This document shows positions 24,612-35,366 of a stretch of DNA of 64,000 nucleotides, piece after piece. Within the stretch, counting starts at the first letter, position 1; each line of letters begins with the position of its first letter. The notes under the pieces were generated by a model that was not told where the DNA came from, made no database searches, and saw only the letters and a list, made by a program, of their open reading frames with translations. Position numbers and translations under genes: made by a program. This stretch comes from an uncultured Chloroflexia bacterium (lineage in GTDB: Bacteria > Chloroflexota > Limnocylindria > Limnocylindrales > CSP1-4), in assembly GCA_963707215.1 (NCBI GenBank), contig CAVPPB010000003.1:1088001-1152000 (forward strand), written 5' to 3'.

Positions 24612-25532
24612 TCAGCCCACGGTGATCGCCAGCATGCCGGCACCCAGGACCGCAGGCCGATCCACTGGATCGGCCGAAGGCGCTCGCCCAGGAAGGCGAC
24701 CGCGAAGGCACCGCGGCCACGGCGGGACCGAAGGACGAGGCGAGTCCCGACGAGCCAGGTCTCGGCGACCTCGAGGCCGATCGCGAACGAGATGAGGCCC
24801 AGTGACGTCCAGGAGGCCGGCGGCACAGGACCGCCAGGCCGGGCCCCGACGGTCCCGTGACGCCACCGGACGTCGACCATCGATCGCGACGCAGCGCGGC
24901 CGGGCGACAGGGCGACGGCGCGGAACGCCCACGAAGCAACGCGACATCGACGCCCCGCGATACGACGATCGACCTGGAGCCAGCCGACTCTCGCCTGATC
25001 GGTCCGCCGGGCCGACCGTACCAGGATCGCGAAGAGGCGTCAACGCGATCAGCCCGAAGGCGACGCCGGCGCCGCGCAGCCGGATGCTGCGGATCCGCCG
25101 TCCAAGGACCACCCCCGTCATGACGATGCCCGGGTCGTGGCAAGCACGGCACCAGCGGCCTGGGGGATCGTCAGGCGTCTCACCGCGGAAGACCACGGCG
25201 AGGACGACCGTCAGCCCGCCGAACGCCGCGACGACGGGGCTGACGACGGCGATCGGACCGATGCGCAGGGCGGTGAAGAAGGTGAGGTAGGCGAGCACGC
25301 ACGAGGATCCCCGAGACCGTCACGTCAGGTGACCATCGTCGAGGCGGGCATCGCCAGGGGCTCGACGTCGCGGAGCACGGCGAGGCCGACCAGGACGGCG
25401 AGGGCGATCGAGCTGCGCGCCGATGAGCGTCCGGAGGCTCCCGAGGCGGCGCCCGGAAAGCGCGGCGGAGATGTCGGTGACGCCCCAGGCGAGCGGCCGC
25501 GCCGAGTCCGAAGAGCAGCCCGGTTGGAGCAT
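24612..25532 (-). CDS. EamA/DMT-family transporter with many frameshifts
   Basis: Fragments LAWGVTDISAA, YLTFFTALRIGPIAVVSPVVAAFGG, AFLGERLRPIQWIG; TAGACT -10 at 25542-25547. Confidence 0.7.
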
Positions 25533-25641
25533 GGCCCGGCCAGTCTACGGGCGACGGGCGCCTGCCCGGGCGCCGTCGGGCCGCCCCGTGCTACACTCCG
25601 CCACCGGTCCGGCGCCCCGCGACGTCGCCGCCGTCTCCGGT

Positions 25642-25717
25642 GGGGATGTAGCTCAGCTGGGAGAGCACCGCGTTCGCATCGCGGGGGTCAGGGGTTCGAG
25701 TCCCCTCATCTCCACCA
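25642..25717 (+). tRNA. tRNA-Ala(CGC)
   Basis: GGGGATG/CATCTCC acceptor with G3:U70; ccgcg-ttCGCat-cgcgg; GGTTCGAGT T-arm; CCA; TGcTACACT promoter at 25589-25597. Confidence 0.96.
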
Positions 25718-25755
25718 GCGCCACCACCGCGCGGACGGCGGACGGACCTGGTCAT

Positions 25756-25840
25756 GGGTCGGTTGGGCAGGTGGTGAGCCCAAGGGTCTGTAAAACCCTC
25801 GTCTTCGACTGTGGCAGTTCGATTCTGCCCCGGCCCACCA
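25756..25840 (+). tRNA. tRNA-Tyr(GTA)
   Basis: GGGTCGG/CCGGCCC acceptor; agggt-ctGTAaa-accct; variable arm gtc-ttc-gac; ggcag-ttcgatt-ctgcc; ACCA end. Confidence 0.93.
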
Positions 25841-25910
25841 GCTCACCGGGCTGCGGCACCGGGGTCCACGCACGGCTGACCGCTGGTCTCGCGTCGTACC
25901 CTTCTCCTCC

Positions 25911-28900
25911 ATGCAGACCTGCCCCAGCTGCGGCCAGGCGAACCCCGAGGGCTTCCGCCTGTGCGGGATGTGCGGCGCGTCGCTCGCGGCCGCCGAGTGC
26001 CGCGCCGCGAGTCGAGCGCAAGGTCGTCACCGTCCTGTTCTGCGACCTCGTCGGCTTCACGTCGCGGGCCGAGCGGCTCGATCCCGAGGACGTCCAGGCG
26101 CTGCTCGGCCCCGTACCACGCACGCGTCCGCGCCGAGCTCGAGCGCCACGGCGGCACCGTCGAGAAGTTCATCGGCGACGCGGTGATGGCGCTCTTCGGC
26201 GCCCCGACGGCCCACGAGGACGACCCCGAGCGGGCGGTTCGGGCGGCCCTCGCGATCCGCGATCACGCCATCGAGGAGGGACTCGAGCTGCGGGTCGGGA
26301 TCACGACCGGCGAGGCGCTCGTCTCGCTCGACGCGCGCCCGGCCGAGGGCGAGGGGATGGCCTCGGGCGACGTCGTCAACACCGCCGCCCGCCTGCAGGC
26401 GCGCCGCGCCCGTGAACGGGATCCTCGTCGACGAGACGACCCACCGAGCGACCCGCGGGCCGATCGAGTACCGCGAGGCCCCGGCGGTCGAGGCCAAGGG
26501 CAAGGCCGAGCCCGATCGCGGCCTGGGAGGCTGTCGAGGCTCGATCGCGCTTCGGCGTCGACGTCGACCACCACGCCCGGACCGAGCTCGTCGGGCGCGA
26601 GCGCGAGGTGCCATCGCTGCGGGACGCCCTCGAGCGGGCGACGCCCGAGCGAGCCTCGCAGCTCGTCACGCTGATCGGCGTCCCGGGAATGGGCAAGAGC
26701 CGGCTGGTCTACGAGCTCCGACGCATCGTCGACGCCGATCCGGAGCTCATCACCTGGCGCCAGGGGCGCTGTCTCGCCTACGGCGACGGGATCGCCTACT
26801 GGGCGCTCGGCGAGATGGTCAAGGCCCAGGCCGGCATCCACGAGCGGGACACCGAGGCGGAGACCGCGAGACGAAGCTCCGAGCCGCGATCGACGACGTC
26901 GTCGAAGAGCCGGCTGACCAAGCATGGGTCGAGTCGCATCTTCGTCCGCTGGTCGGCCTCGAGACGGCGACCGGCCTCGGCGGCGACCGCCGTGGCGAGG
27001 CGTTCGCCGCCTGGCGACGCTACCTCGAGGCGCTGGCCGAGCAGCGTCCCGCTGGTCCTGGTGTTCGAGGATCTCCACTGGGCCGACGCCGGTCTCCTCG
27101 ACTTCGTCGACCAGCTCGTGGACTGGCTGACCGACGTCCCGCTGCTCGTCGTCGGGACCGCCCGGCCGGAGCTGCTCGAGCGTCGCCCAGGCTGGGGCGG
27201 CGGCAAGCTCAACGCCACGACGATCGGGCTGTCGCCGCTCTCCGCCGTGGCAGACGGCGGGGCTCATCGGCCAGGTGCTCAAGCGACATCGTGCTGCCGG
27301 CCGAGGTCCAGCAGGCGCTGCTCGATCGGGCCGAGGGCAACCCGTTCTACGCGGAGCAGTTCGCCGAGCTCTACCTCGAGCGAGGCTCGACCGAGCGACC
27401 TGCCGATGCCCGAGACCATCCAGGGCATCATCGCCGCCCGCCTCGACGACCTCTCGACGAGCGAGAAGGCGATCCTCCAGGATGCCTCGGTCGTGGGCAA
27501 GGTCTTCTGGCCGGCGGCGCTCGGTCGCGAGGACGAGCCTCTCGACGAGGTCCTCCACGGGCTCGCGCGGAAGGGCTTCCTGACCCGACAGCGACGATCG
27601 TCGGTCGGGCGGCGAGGGCGAGTGGGCGTTCGCCCACATGCTCCTGCGCGATGTCGCCTACGAGCAGATCCCTCGCGCCGAGCGGAGCGACGAAGCATCG
27701 CCGGACGGCCGAGTGGATCGAGGGGCTCGGTCGACCCGAGGACCACGCGGAGCTGGTCGCCTACCACTGGCGCTCGGCCCTCGAGCTGGCCCGGGCCGCC
27801 GGCCTGGCGACGGATGGATCTGGAGCTTGCGACCCGGCTGGCCCTCCGAGCGGCCGGCGATCGCGCCCACGCCGTCAGCGCCTATCGCGAGGCGGCATCG
27901 TACTTCGGCGAGGCCCTGGCGCTCTGGCCTCCGGACGACCCAGCGTTGCCCGAGGTCCTCTACCGTCACGCCGACGCCCTCTTCATCGCGGACGACCCGC
28001 GCGCCGAGGGGGCCCTGGTGGCCTCCCGGGACGCCCTCCTGGCGGCCGACCTCCGGGAGCCGGCCGCCGAGGCCGAGTTGTCGCTCTCGCGGATCGCCTG
28101 GCACGGCGGCCAGCGGGACCGGGCCGCCGAGCACGAGGCAGCCGCCCAGGCGCTGGTCGCTGAGACGTCATCGCCCGCGGCAGCCCGCGTGCTCGCCTTC
28201 GTCGCCCGAACGCGGACGATATCGGGTGACCATGTCGGAGGCCAGGCCCTGGCACGGGAGGCGCTCGCCCTGGCAGAGCAGCAAGGCAACGATGAGCTCC
28301 GGGCCCACGCGCTCAGCACCATCGGGATCGGCAAGCGACCGCTCAACGACCCGACGGCGCGCGGTGATGTCGAGCGGGCGCTCGAGATCGCGGTCGCCAT
28401 TCGATCACCCCAGGCGGGCGCGATCGCCAACAACCTCGCTGTCGATGACTGGTTCGAGATGGACCACCGTGGCTACACCCGCCACATGCGCGAAGCGCTG
28501 GGGATCGCCGAGCAGGTCGGGGATGCGACGGGCGTGCGCTGGGTGACCGGGCAGCTCGTGGGCGTCGCTTACAGCGAAGGGGACTGGGATGAGGCGCTGG
28601 AGCGAGCAAGCCGCTTCATCGCGGAATGCGAGGCCGGCTCGCCGCACTATCTGCAGGCGGATGCGCACACGACGCGGGCACGCATCCGACTCGGCCGAGG
28701 CGACGTGGACGGCGCGATGGCCGATCATCGCCGAGCGAGCGACCTGGCTCGGGCAGCCGCCGATCCCCAGGCGCTCGTGCCGAACCTCGGTGCGACCGTG
28801 GAGGCGCTCGAGGTCCTCGGGCGAACCGACGAAGCAGACGAGCTGGCGGGCGAGATCCTTCCAGTGGTTCGACAGAACCCGAACGAGGCGGCCCACCTCC

Positions 28901-29229
28901 TGGCGCTCGACTTCCTTGCCACTCGTCGCTCGGAGCGGTACGAGCCCGAGCTGCGCGGGATCGTCGAGGGCGGCCCCGACCTGCCCTGGAAGCCCATGGC
29001 GCTGACCTGCCTCGATCGCGACTTCGTCCGGGCCGCCGAACTGTGGGCCGAGGCCGGGGGCCCGAGCTGGGAGGCGAAGCTCCGGATGCGGGCGGCCGAG
29101 GAGCTGATCGACGCCGGGCGGCGCCACGATGGCGAGGTCGAGCTCCAGAAGGCGCTAGCCTTCTACCGCACCGTCGGCGCGTCGTTCTGGATCGAGCGCG
29201 GGAAAGCGCTTCTCGCAACATCCGCCTGA
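25911..29229 (+). CDS. Zinc-ribbon + class III adenylate/guanylate cyclase + AAA ATPase + TPR protein (multiple frameshifts)
   Basis: CPSC..CGMC, ERKVVTVLFCDLVGFT, EKFIGDAVMA, GDVVNTAARLQ, GVPGMGKSRL, FEDLHWAD, AEGNPFY, helical repeat C-terminus. Confidence 0.85.
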
Positions 29230-29284
29230 GGCGATCCCAAGGTGGTCCCGAGCCCTCGCGGACCTCTGGCCCGATACTGGGTCG

Positions 29285-30490
29285 ATGCGCGACAACATCC
29301 GCCTCGGCCGGATCGCCGGTGTCCAGGTCGGCCTGGACTGGACCGTCATCCTCGTCGCCTGGCTCATCGCCTGGAGCCTGGCCTCCGGCCTGCTGCCGGC
29401 CGAGGTGCCCGGCCTGAGCACGATCGCCTACTGGGCTGCGGCCCTCGTGGTGGCCGCGCTCTTCTTCGCCTCGCTGCTCGCGCACGAGCTGGCCCACGCG
29501 GTCGTGGCCACCCGCCAGGGCCTCCACGTCGAGGGGATCACCCTCTGGCTCCTCGGTGGCGTGGCCCGGCTCCGAGGCGAGGCCAAGACGCCGGGGGCTG
29601 AAGCGCTCATCGCCGGCGTCGGGCCTCTGACGAGCCTCGCCGTCGCGGTCCCGTGCATCGTCGTCGGGGCGGCGCTCGACGCTGCCGGCTCGGTGCCGAT
29701 CGTCGCCGCGTCGGCGTCATGGCTCGGTCGGGTGAACCTGATCATCGGGATCTTCAACCTGCTGCCTGGGGCGCCGCTCGACGGGGGCCGCCTGGCCCGG
29801 GCCGTCTTCTGGCGGCTCCGCGGCGACCCGCTCAGGGCGACCGTGTGGGCAACCTCCCTCGGCCGACTCCTGGGCTATGGCCTCGTGGCGCTCGGCCTGC
29901 TCGAGCTGTTCATCGGGGTGAGCCTCGGCGGCCTGTGGTTCGTCATCCTGGGCATCTTCCTCGTCGTCGCCGCGCGCGCCGAGCGGCGGCAGGCGGAGCT
30001 CTCCGCCAGGCTCGCCGAGATCCGGGTCCGCGACGCCATCACGACCGATCCGCCCGTCATCCCGGCCGGGATCACCGTCGACGTGCTGGCCGACGCCGTC
30101 CCGGGCCGCAAGGAGACCCCGGGGACCTGGCTCGTGGCCGCCACCGACGGCGGCGTGATCGGGGTGCTGGGCGCCGAGCGGGTCCGGGATCTCTCGGTCG
30201 AGCGCCGGCGCGAGACGCGGGCGGGGGATCTGCGCACCCCGCTCGATGCGCTCCCGGAGACGACCCCGGACGAGTCCCTCCTCGATCTGCTGGAGCGGCT
30301 GCCGGACGAGGCCGAGCTGCGGGCGATCGTCCGCGCCGAGGGGCGGATCGTGGGGTTCGTGACCCCAGCTGGCGTGGCCAGGGCGGTGGAGCAGGAGACC
30401 GGGCGCTCGGCCCCCCGGCCGGGGCCGCAGGGACCGCCGGAGCCGCCCGGGCCGCAGGGACCGCCGGAGCCGCCGGCCGACCAGGGCTAG
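29285..30490 (+). CDS. M50 site-2 zinc metalloprotease with CBS-like C-terminus
   Basis: HELAH, GVGP, FNLLPGAPLDGGR. Confidence 0.9.
   Translation: MRDNIRLGRIAGVQVGLDWTVILVAWLIAWSLASGLLPAEVPGLSTIAYWAAALVVAALFFASLLAHELAHAVVATRQGLHVEGITLWLLGGVARLRGEAKTPGAEALIAGVGPLTSLAVAVPCIVVGAALDAAGSVPIVAASASWLGRVNLIIGIFNLLPGAPLDGGRLARAVFWRLRGDPLRATVWATSLGRLLGYGLVALGLLELFIGVSLGGLWFVILGIFLVVAARAERRQAELSARLAEIRVRDAITTDPPVIPAGITVDVLADAVPGRKETPGTWLVAATDGGVIGVLGAERVRDLSVERRRETRAGDLRTPLDALPETTPDESLLDLLERLPDEAELRAIVRAEGRIVGFVTPAGVARAVEQETGRSAPRPGPQGPPEPPGPQGPPEPPADQG
30422..30475 (+). repeat. 27-bp tandem duplication encoding GPQGPPEPP twice
   Basis: gggccgcagggaccgccggagccgcc occurs twice. Confidence 0.85.
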
Positions 30491-31263
30491 GTCGCCGGTT
30501 CGTCGAAGGCGGCGTGGAGCTCGGTCGAGTGATCGCGCAGCCAGCGCCGCCAGCGGGCGTGGTCCGGGACCCGGTCGGCGACGGTCTCCCAGAACCGGGG
30601 GCCGTGGCCGAACACCCGGAGGTGGGCGAGCTCGTGGACGACGACCGTCTCCAGCGCCTCCGGCGGCGCCAGGACGAGCCGCCAGGAGAAGGCGAGCCGA
30701 CCGGTCCGCGAGGCGCTCCCCCAGCGGGTCCGCTGGTCCCGGATCGTGATCCCGGCCGGGACGACGCCAAGGGGGTCCGCGTGGACCGAGACGGCCCGTT
30801 CCACGGCTCCGCGGGCTTGCGCCCGGCACCAATCGTGGAGGACCGTAGCGAGCGATCGCCGGTCTCCCGGCGCCAGTCGGACGTGCAGCTCGTCGGTCTC
30901 GCCGTCCCCCACCCGCTCGACGGTCGATCGACGGCCCGTGGGCCGGTCCCCGATCACGATCCGGTGGAGCGCCCCGCGGTAGCGCACGACGGCGCCCGGA
31001 CCCAGCGGCCCCCGGGCGGCCAGGGCGGCCAGCTCGCGGGCCCGCCGATCGAGGTGGCGGCGGAGCCACGACTCGCGTTCGACCAGGAACGCCTCGACGT
31101 CCGCCTCGGGCCGGGCCCAGCGGCCCCGGGACCCGACCGGCACCGTCACCAGGACGCCGCGATGCGGGTCGATGGTCACCCGGAGCCGTCGCGATCGTTG
31201 GGAACGACGCAGGGTGTACTCGACGGGTCCGCCGGGCAGGTCGGCGACGCGGCGCTCGGTCAT
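30487..31263 (-). CDS. YgjP/SprT-like (DUF45) zinc metalloprotein
   Basis: RRSQRSRRLRV, QRTRWGSAS, FSWRLVLAP, VVVHELAHL, HGPRFW; ATGA overlap with the upstream gene. Confidence 0.88.
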   Translation of the reverse strand: MTERRVADLPGGPVEYTLRRSQRSRRLRVTIDPHRGVLVTVPVGSRGRWARPEADVEAFLVERESWLRRHLDRRARELAALAARGPLGPGAVVRYRGALHRIVIGDRPTGRRSTVERVGDGETDELHVRLAPGDRRSLATVLHDWCRAQARGAVERAVSVHADPLGVVPAGITIRDQRTRWGSASRTGRLAFSWRLVLAPPEALETVVVHELAHLRVFGHGPRFWETVADRVPDHARWRRWLRDHSTELHAAFDEPAT

Positions 31264-32873
31264 GACGAACGGAGGAGCCGGCCGGAGCGCAGCCCCGTCT
31301 CGTCGCCCTCGACGACGGCCGGGGTGCCGTTGACGATGACCGTGTCGATGCCGACCGGGTAGCGGGCGGGATCCGGATAGGTGGCCGGGTCGAGGACGGT
31401 CGCCGGGTCGAGGACGACGACGTCGGCGAACGCCCCTTCGCGAACGATGCCCCGGTCGACCAGGCCGAGACGGGCCGCCGGCACCAACGTCATCTTGGCG
31501 ATGGCCGACTCCAGTGAGAGGGCGCCGCGATCGCGGACGAAGCGGCCCAGGACCCGGGCCGTCGTCCCGTACGTCCGAGGATGGGGAACGCCGGCGTCCA
31601 GGACCGGATGACCGGGCCGCCGGGCCTCGGCATCGGTGCAGACGGCGATCCAGGGGACCCCCAGGATCGTCTCGACGTCCGCCTCGGTCATGCACTCGAT
31701 GACGCAGTCGGTCTCCACGGCATCGTCGGCGAGGACGTCGAAGGCCAGGTCGGCCGGATCGCGATCCAGCTCGCGACCGAGGTCGCCGAGGGATCGGCCG
31801 GCCCAGTCCGGGCGACTCGCCGACCAGGAGATGACGATGCCGTCCCAGCCCGGATCGGCGGCGACGTTCTCCCAGCCGGAGCGGCCCCCGTCGATGGTCG
31901 CCCGGATGGCCCGTCGGCCCGACGGGTCGCGGAGGGCGGCGGCGACCTCGGGGATCGGGGCGGCCAGCACCTCCGGCGGCAGGATCGTCGCCAGGACCGT
32001 CGCCGCGGCCGTGTAGGGGTACTGGTCGGCGGCGACGTCGAGGCCCTCGTCGCGGGCCCGCTCGAGTCGACCGACGGCCTCGGCGGCCCGCCCATGGACC
32101 GAGCGCGACGCGGCCTTGAGGTGGCTGACCTGGAGGCGGGCGCCCTGGCCGGCCGTCCGAACCGCCTCGATCGCCTCGTCGAGCGAGTCGAAGAGGCCGT
32201 TGGCCTCGTTCCGCATGTGGGTCGCGTAGAGCCCGCCGGCGCGGGCCGCCACGGTCACGAGCGCGGCGATCTCGTCGGGGCGGGCGTGCATCCCGGGGGC
32301 GTAGATGAGCCCGGACGAGAGGCCGAGGGCACCGGCGTCCATCGCCGCCTCGACCTCGCGGCGCATGGCGGCAAGCTCCCCGTCGTCGGGCGCCCGGGCC
32401 GAGGGGCCCAGGACCGCCCCGCGGATGGTCCCGTGGCCGACCAGGAAGGCGACGTTGATGGAGAGGCGCTGGGCGTCGACGGCGTCGAGGTACTCGGCGA
32501 AGGTCGTCCAGGCCGGCGGCTCCGGGAGCTCGCGGAGCGACGCCTCGACGAGGTCGCGGTTGCGGTCGTTGATCGGCGCCGCCGAGTCGCCGCAGTTGCC
32601 GGACAGCTGGGTCGTGAAGCCCTGGCGGAGATGGCTCGCGAGCCCGCCGTCGACCAGCAGCGACGCGTCGCTGTGGCCGTGCGGATCGACGAAGCCGGGG
32701 CAGACGACCCGTCCGCGGGCGTCGAGGACGAGCGCCACCGAGCTCGCGTCCACGGCCGAGAGATCCCCGACCGCCACGATCCGATCGCCGGCGACGCCGA
32801 CGTCGGCCCGCCGTCCCGGCGCCCCCGTCCCGTCGACGAGCGTCCCGCCCCGCAGCAGGATGTCGAGGTTCAC
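31260..32873 (-). CDS. N-acyl-D-amino-acid deacylase (amidohydrolase)
   Basis: LVDGTG, PGFVDPHGHSD, GNCG, THMRNE, SHLK, DQYPY, HPRTYGT, GAFADVVVLD. Confidence 0.9.
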   Translation of the reverse strand: MNLDILLRGGTLVDGTGAPGRRADVGVAGDRIVAVGDLSAVDASSVALVLDARGRVVCPGFVDPHGHSDASLLVDGGLASHLRQGFTTQLSGNCGDSAAPINDRNRDLVEASLRELPEPPAWTTFAEYLDAVDAQRLSINVAFLVGHGTIRGAVLGPSARAPDDGELAAMRREVEAAMDAGALGLSSGLIYAPGMHARPDEIAALVTVAARAGGLYATHMRNEANGLFDSLDEAIEAVRTAGQGARLQVSHLKAASRSVHGRAAEAVGRLERARDEGLDVAADQYPYTAAATVLATILPPEVLAAPIPEVAAALRDPSGRRAIRATIDGGRSGWENVAADPGWDGIVISWSASRPDWAGRSLGDLGRELDRDPADLAFDVLADDAVETDCVIECMTEADVETILGVPWIAVCTDAEARRPGHPVLDAGVPHPRTYGTTARVLGRFVRDRGALSLESAIAKMTLVPAARLGLVDRGIVREGAFADVVVLDPATVLDPATYPDPARYPVGIDTVIVNGTPAVVEGDETGLRSGRLLRSS

Positions 32874-33622
32874 CTCGACCTCGCGCTGGCCGCCGCGGCT
32901 CGGGCTTGGGCGGCCCGGGTCGCCCGGACCGCGTCGAGGAAGGTAGGGTCCTGCGGCTGGAGCGCCGGCAGCGCTCCCCCGACCGCCAGCTCCAGCAGGT
33001 GGTCCGCCAGACCTGGGTTCCAGGCCAGGAGCGGCCCGTGCAGGTAGGTCGCCACGATCCGCCCCGACCACGCCCCGTCGGTCGCCGGGGTCCCGCCGTT
33101 GCCGGTCCCGACCCCCAGCGTCGCCAGCGGCCGCAGCCCTGGACCCAGCTGGGTCCTGCCGGCGTGGCTCTCGTAGCCGACGACCTCGGGGAGCCCGAGC
33201 TCGGGGTCGAGCGCTCCCAGCACGGGTCCCTCGACGAACGACCCGAGCGTCGAGCGCGCGTCGAGCAGCCCGAGGCCGGGGTGGGTCGCCCCGTCGGCCC
33301 CCTCGAAGCGCTCCCCGACGACCTGGAAGCCGACGTCGATAGCCAGCAGGGCCGCCCCGGCCACGACCGCCCCGGCCAGGACGCCGTCGTCGCGCAGCCG
33401 CCGGGCGAGCTCCGGCAGGTCCTCGTCCTCGGCTCCCGCCACCTGGTACAGATGGGCCGTGGGCAGCGGATCGCCCGGCTGGACGACGAGGGTCCGGGCG
33501 GCGATGCCCCGGGCCCGGGCGCGGGCCTCCAGGACACGGAGGTTGCCGCCGTCAGCCTGGGGCATCGAGAGCGTCGGGTAGACGTCGACGAGGACCAGCT
33601 CCGTGTCGGCCACGGGGCTCAC
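32870..33622 (-). CDS. gatD: GatD-like class I glutamine amidotransferase subunit with the catalytic Cys replaced by Asp
   Basis: YPTLS..ADGGN, AIDVGFQ (canonical xICGGYQ), GYESHAGRT, TYLHGPLL..NP; directly follows murT. Confidence 0.8.
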   Translation of the reverse strand: MSPVADTELVLVDVYPTLSMPQADGGNLRVLEARARARGIAARTLVVQPGDPLPTAHLYQVAGAEDEDLPELARRLRDDGVLAGAVVAGAALLAIDVGFQVVGERFEGADGATHPGLGLLDARSTLGSFVEGPVLGALDPELGLPEVVGYESHAGRTQLGPGLRPLATLGVGTGNGGTPATDGAWSGRIVATYLHGPLLAWNPGLADHLLELAVGGALPALQPQDPTFLDAVRATRAAQARAAAASARSR

Positions 33623-34911
33623 CCTCCCAACCGCGCTGCCAGGGCGAGGAACGCCGGGTAGTTCGCGGCGACGTCGACCGGGCCGACCGGCTGGCTGCGG
33701 ATCGCCTCCAGCGGGTCGCGGACGATGCTGACGTCGAGACCGGCGACCTGGAGGCGCAGGGCGGCGTCCTCGGCCCGGTTGCCGGCCACGACCGCACGTC
33801 GGCCGGCCAGCCGCTCGAACGGAGCATCCCAGAGGAACGCGGCGTCTTTGCCGGTTCCCCCGCGAGCCTCCATGACGACGACGAGGGGCCGGGCCTCGCC
33901 GGCCTGCAGCTCGACGATCTCGGTCCAGGACGACGGGTTCTTGGAGAGCAGCAGGCGGACCTGGCGCCCGTCGATGCCCCGGGCCCGGTAGCGGCCGTCC
34001 ACGTCGTCGACCGCGGCGATGGCCCGGGCGGCGGCGGCCGGCTCGGCGCCGAGCTCGACGGCTCCGGCCAGGGCGAAGAGGGCGTTCGAGGCGGTCGTCC
34101 GGCCCGGCAGCCGGAGGTCGAGGGGGACCTCGGTCCCGGGGCCGTGGGCGACGGATCCGTCGAGCCACCAGTCGGGCGTCGGGCGCTCCATCCCGCACGA
34201 GCCGCACCACCAGCGATCGCCGTCCCGCTCCAGGCGGACCAGGCAGGTCCGGCAGATCTCCCCGTCGACGGACCACCACATCCCGCCGGCGACCCAGCGG
34301 ACGTCGCCGTGCCTGCGAACGGCCCAGGCGACGAGGGGGTCGTCGGCGTTGGCCACGATCGTGCAGGGCCAGTCGATGGCGGCGGCGGTCTCGCGCCAGT
34401 GCCGGGCCAGCTTCTTGGTCCGGACCCCGCGCTCGAGGTAGTCCCGGCTGAGGTTCATCAGGACGACGACCCTGGCCCGCGTCGCGGTGGCGATCGGGCC
34501 CAGGTAGGCCTCGTCGGTCTCGAGGACGCCGTAGGGGGCGGCGCGATCGGCGTCGAGCGCCCAGACCAGGCCCTCGGCCATGTTCGCGCCGGTGTCGTTG
34601 AAGGCGACCCGTCCGCGGGTGGCGACGCCGGCGGCCAGGAGCCAGCTGGTCGTGCTCTTGCCGTTGGTCGCCGAGACCAGGGCGAGGGCTCGTCCGGCGG
34701 ACAGCCGCTCCAGGGCCCGTGGCTCGATCGCCAGGGCGACGCCCCCGCTGACTGTGGCGCCACGCCCACGGCCGAGCCGCCGCGACAGCCAGCCCGCCGA
34801 GCGGCCGGCCCCGAGCGCGAGCCGGGTCCGGAGCGGCAGTCCGGGGGGCGGGGCCGGTGGAGCGGAGGTGGACGGGGGCCCGACCGGCGCCGGGCGGGAC
34901 TCGGGGGACAT
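33619..34911 (-). CDS. murT: MurT-like Mur ligase with DUF1727
   Basis: GATVSGGVAL, SATNGKSTT, GANM, ETDE, NLSRD, NADDP, CxxC..CxxC, KNP, DAAFLWD; TACACT -10 8 nt before the ATG. Confidence 0.88.
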   Translation of the reverse strand: MSPESRPAPVGPPSTSAPPAPPPGLPLRTRLALGAGRSAGWLSRRLGRGRGATVSGGVALAIEPRALERLSAGRALALVSATNGKSTTSWLLAAGVATRGRVAFNDTGANMAEGLVWALDADRAAPYGVLETDEAYLGPIATATRARVVVLMNLSRDYLERGVRTKKLARHWRETAAAIDWPCTIVANADDPLVAWAVRRHGDVRWVAGGMWWSVDGEICRTCLVRLERDGDRWWCGSCGMERPTPDWWLDGSVAHGPGTEVPLDLRLPGRTTASNALFALAGAVELGAEPAAAARAIAAVDDVDGRYRARGIDGRQVRLLLSKNPSSWTEIVELQAGEARPLVVVMEARGGTGKDAAFLWDAPFERLAGRRAVVAGNRAEDAALRLQVAGLDVSIVRDPLEAIRSQPVGPVDVAANYPAFLALAARLGG

Positions 34912-35032
34912 CGTCGCGGAGTGTACGCGCGCCGGCTCCGGGTGGCCTGCGGGGAGGGGACATGCGACGATGCGCCGATCAGCCGCGGCGCGCATCGATC
35001 CAGCGTCCCGGGCAGCCGATGGGAGTGACGTG

Positions 35033-35236
35033 ATGTTCAACCTGGAGGTCCAGCTTCGCCACCTGCACGGCGGGACGTCCGAGCCGATGGTCCGCCGCGA
35101 CCACCACGATGCCGCCGACCACGACCTCGAGCGCGCTCTGGCGAGGGGCGGCCAGATCTGGCGCTGCGAGCGCTGTCAGGACGAGGTCGTCGTGGTGCCG
35201 AGCTCCGGGGAGGCCACGGCGGAGCCGGAGCGGTAG
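35033..35236 (+). CDS. Small hypothetical His/Cys protein (67 aa)
   Basis: MFNLEVQLRHLHGG..HHDAADHD..WRCERCQDEVVV; GGGAG RBS. Confidence 0.6.
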   Translation: MFNLEVQLRHLHGGTSEPMVRRDHHDAADHDLERALARGGQIWRCERCQDEVVVVPSSGEATAEPER

Positions 35237-35366
35237 CTTCCGGCCGGACGCCCTGGACCGGCGCGGCCATCATCGGCTGCCAGGACGGGCATGGGGGATC
35301 GCATCGGCGGCACGTGCTCCTTCAGGCGAAGTGGGACACTTCCCGCCCCTGGCGCATCTACCTCGC

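Noticed and set aside
25756-25840. tRNA-Tyr with a 4-bp GGGC/GCCC D-stem as a suppressor or pseudo-tRNA
   Set aside because: The anticodon is GTA, not CTA, and all arms, A73 and CCA are intact
22697-29229. True pseudogene island (RR, HK, eamA, cyclase)
   Set aside because: Motifs are intact and essential leuS shows the same defects, so sequencing error is more likely
30487-33537. 1016-aa ORF as one protein, and likewise 697-aa 32870-34963 and 611-aa 59571-61406
   Set aside because: Only the C-terminal parts carry family motifs; the upstream parts shadow neighbouring genes and the real starts overlap upstream stops
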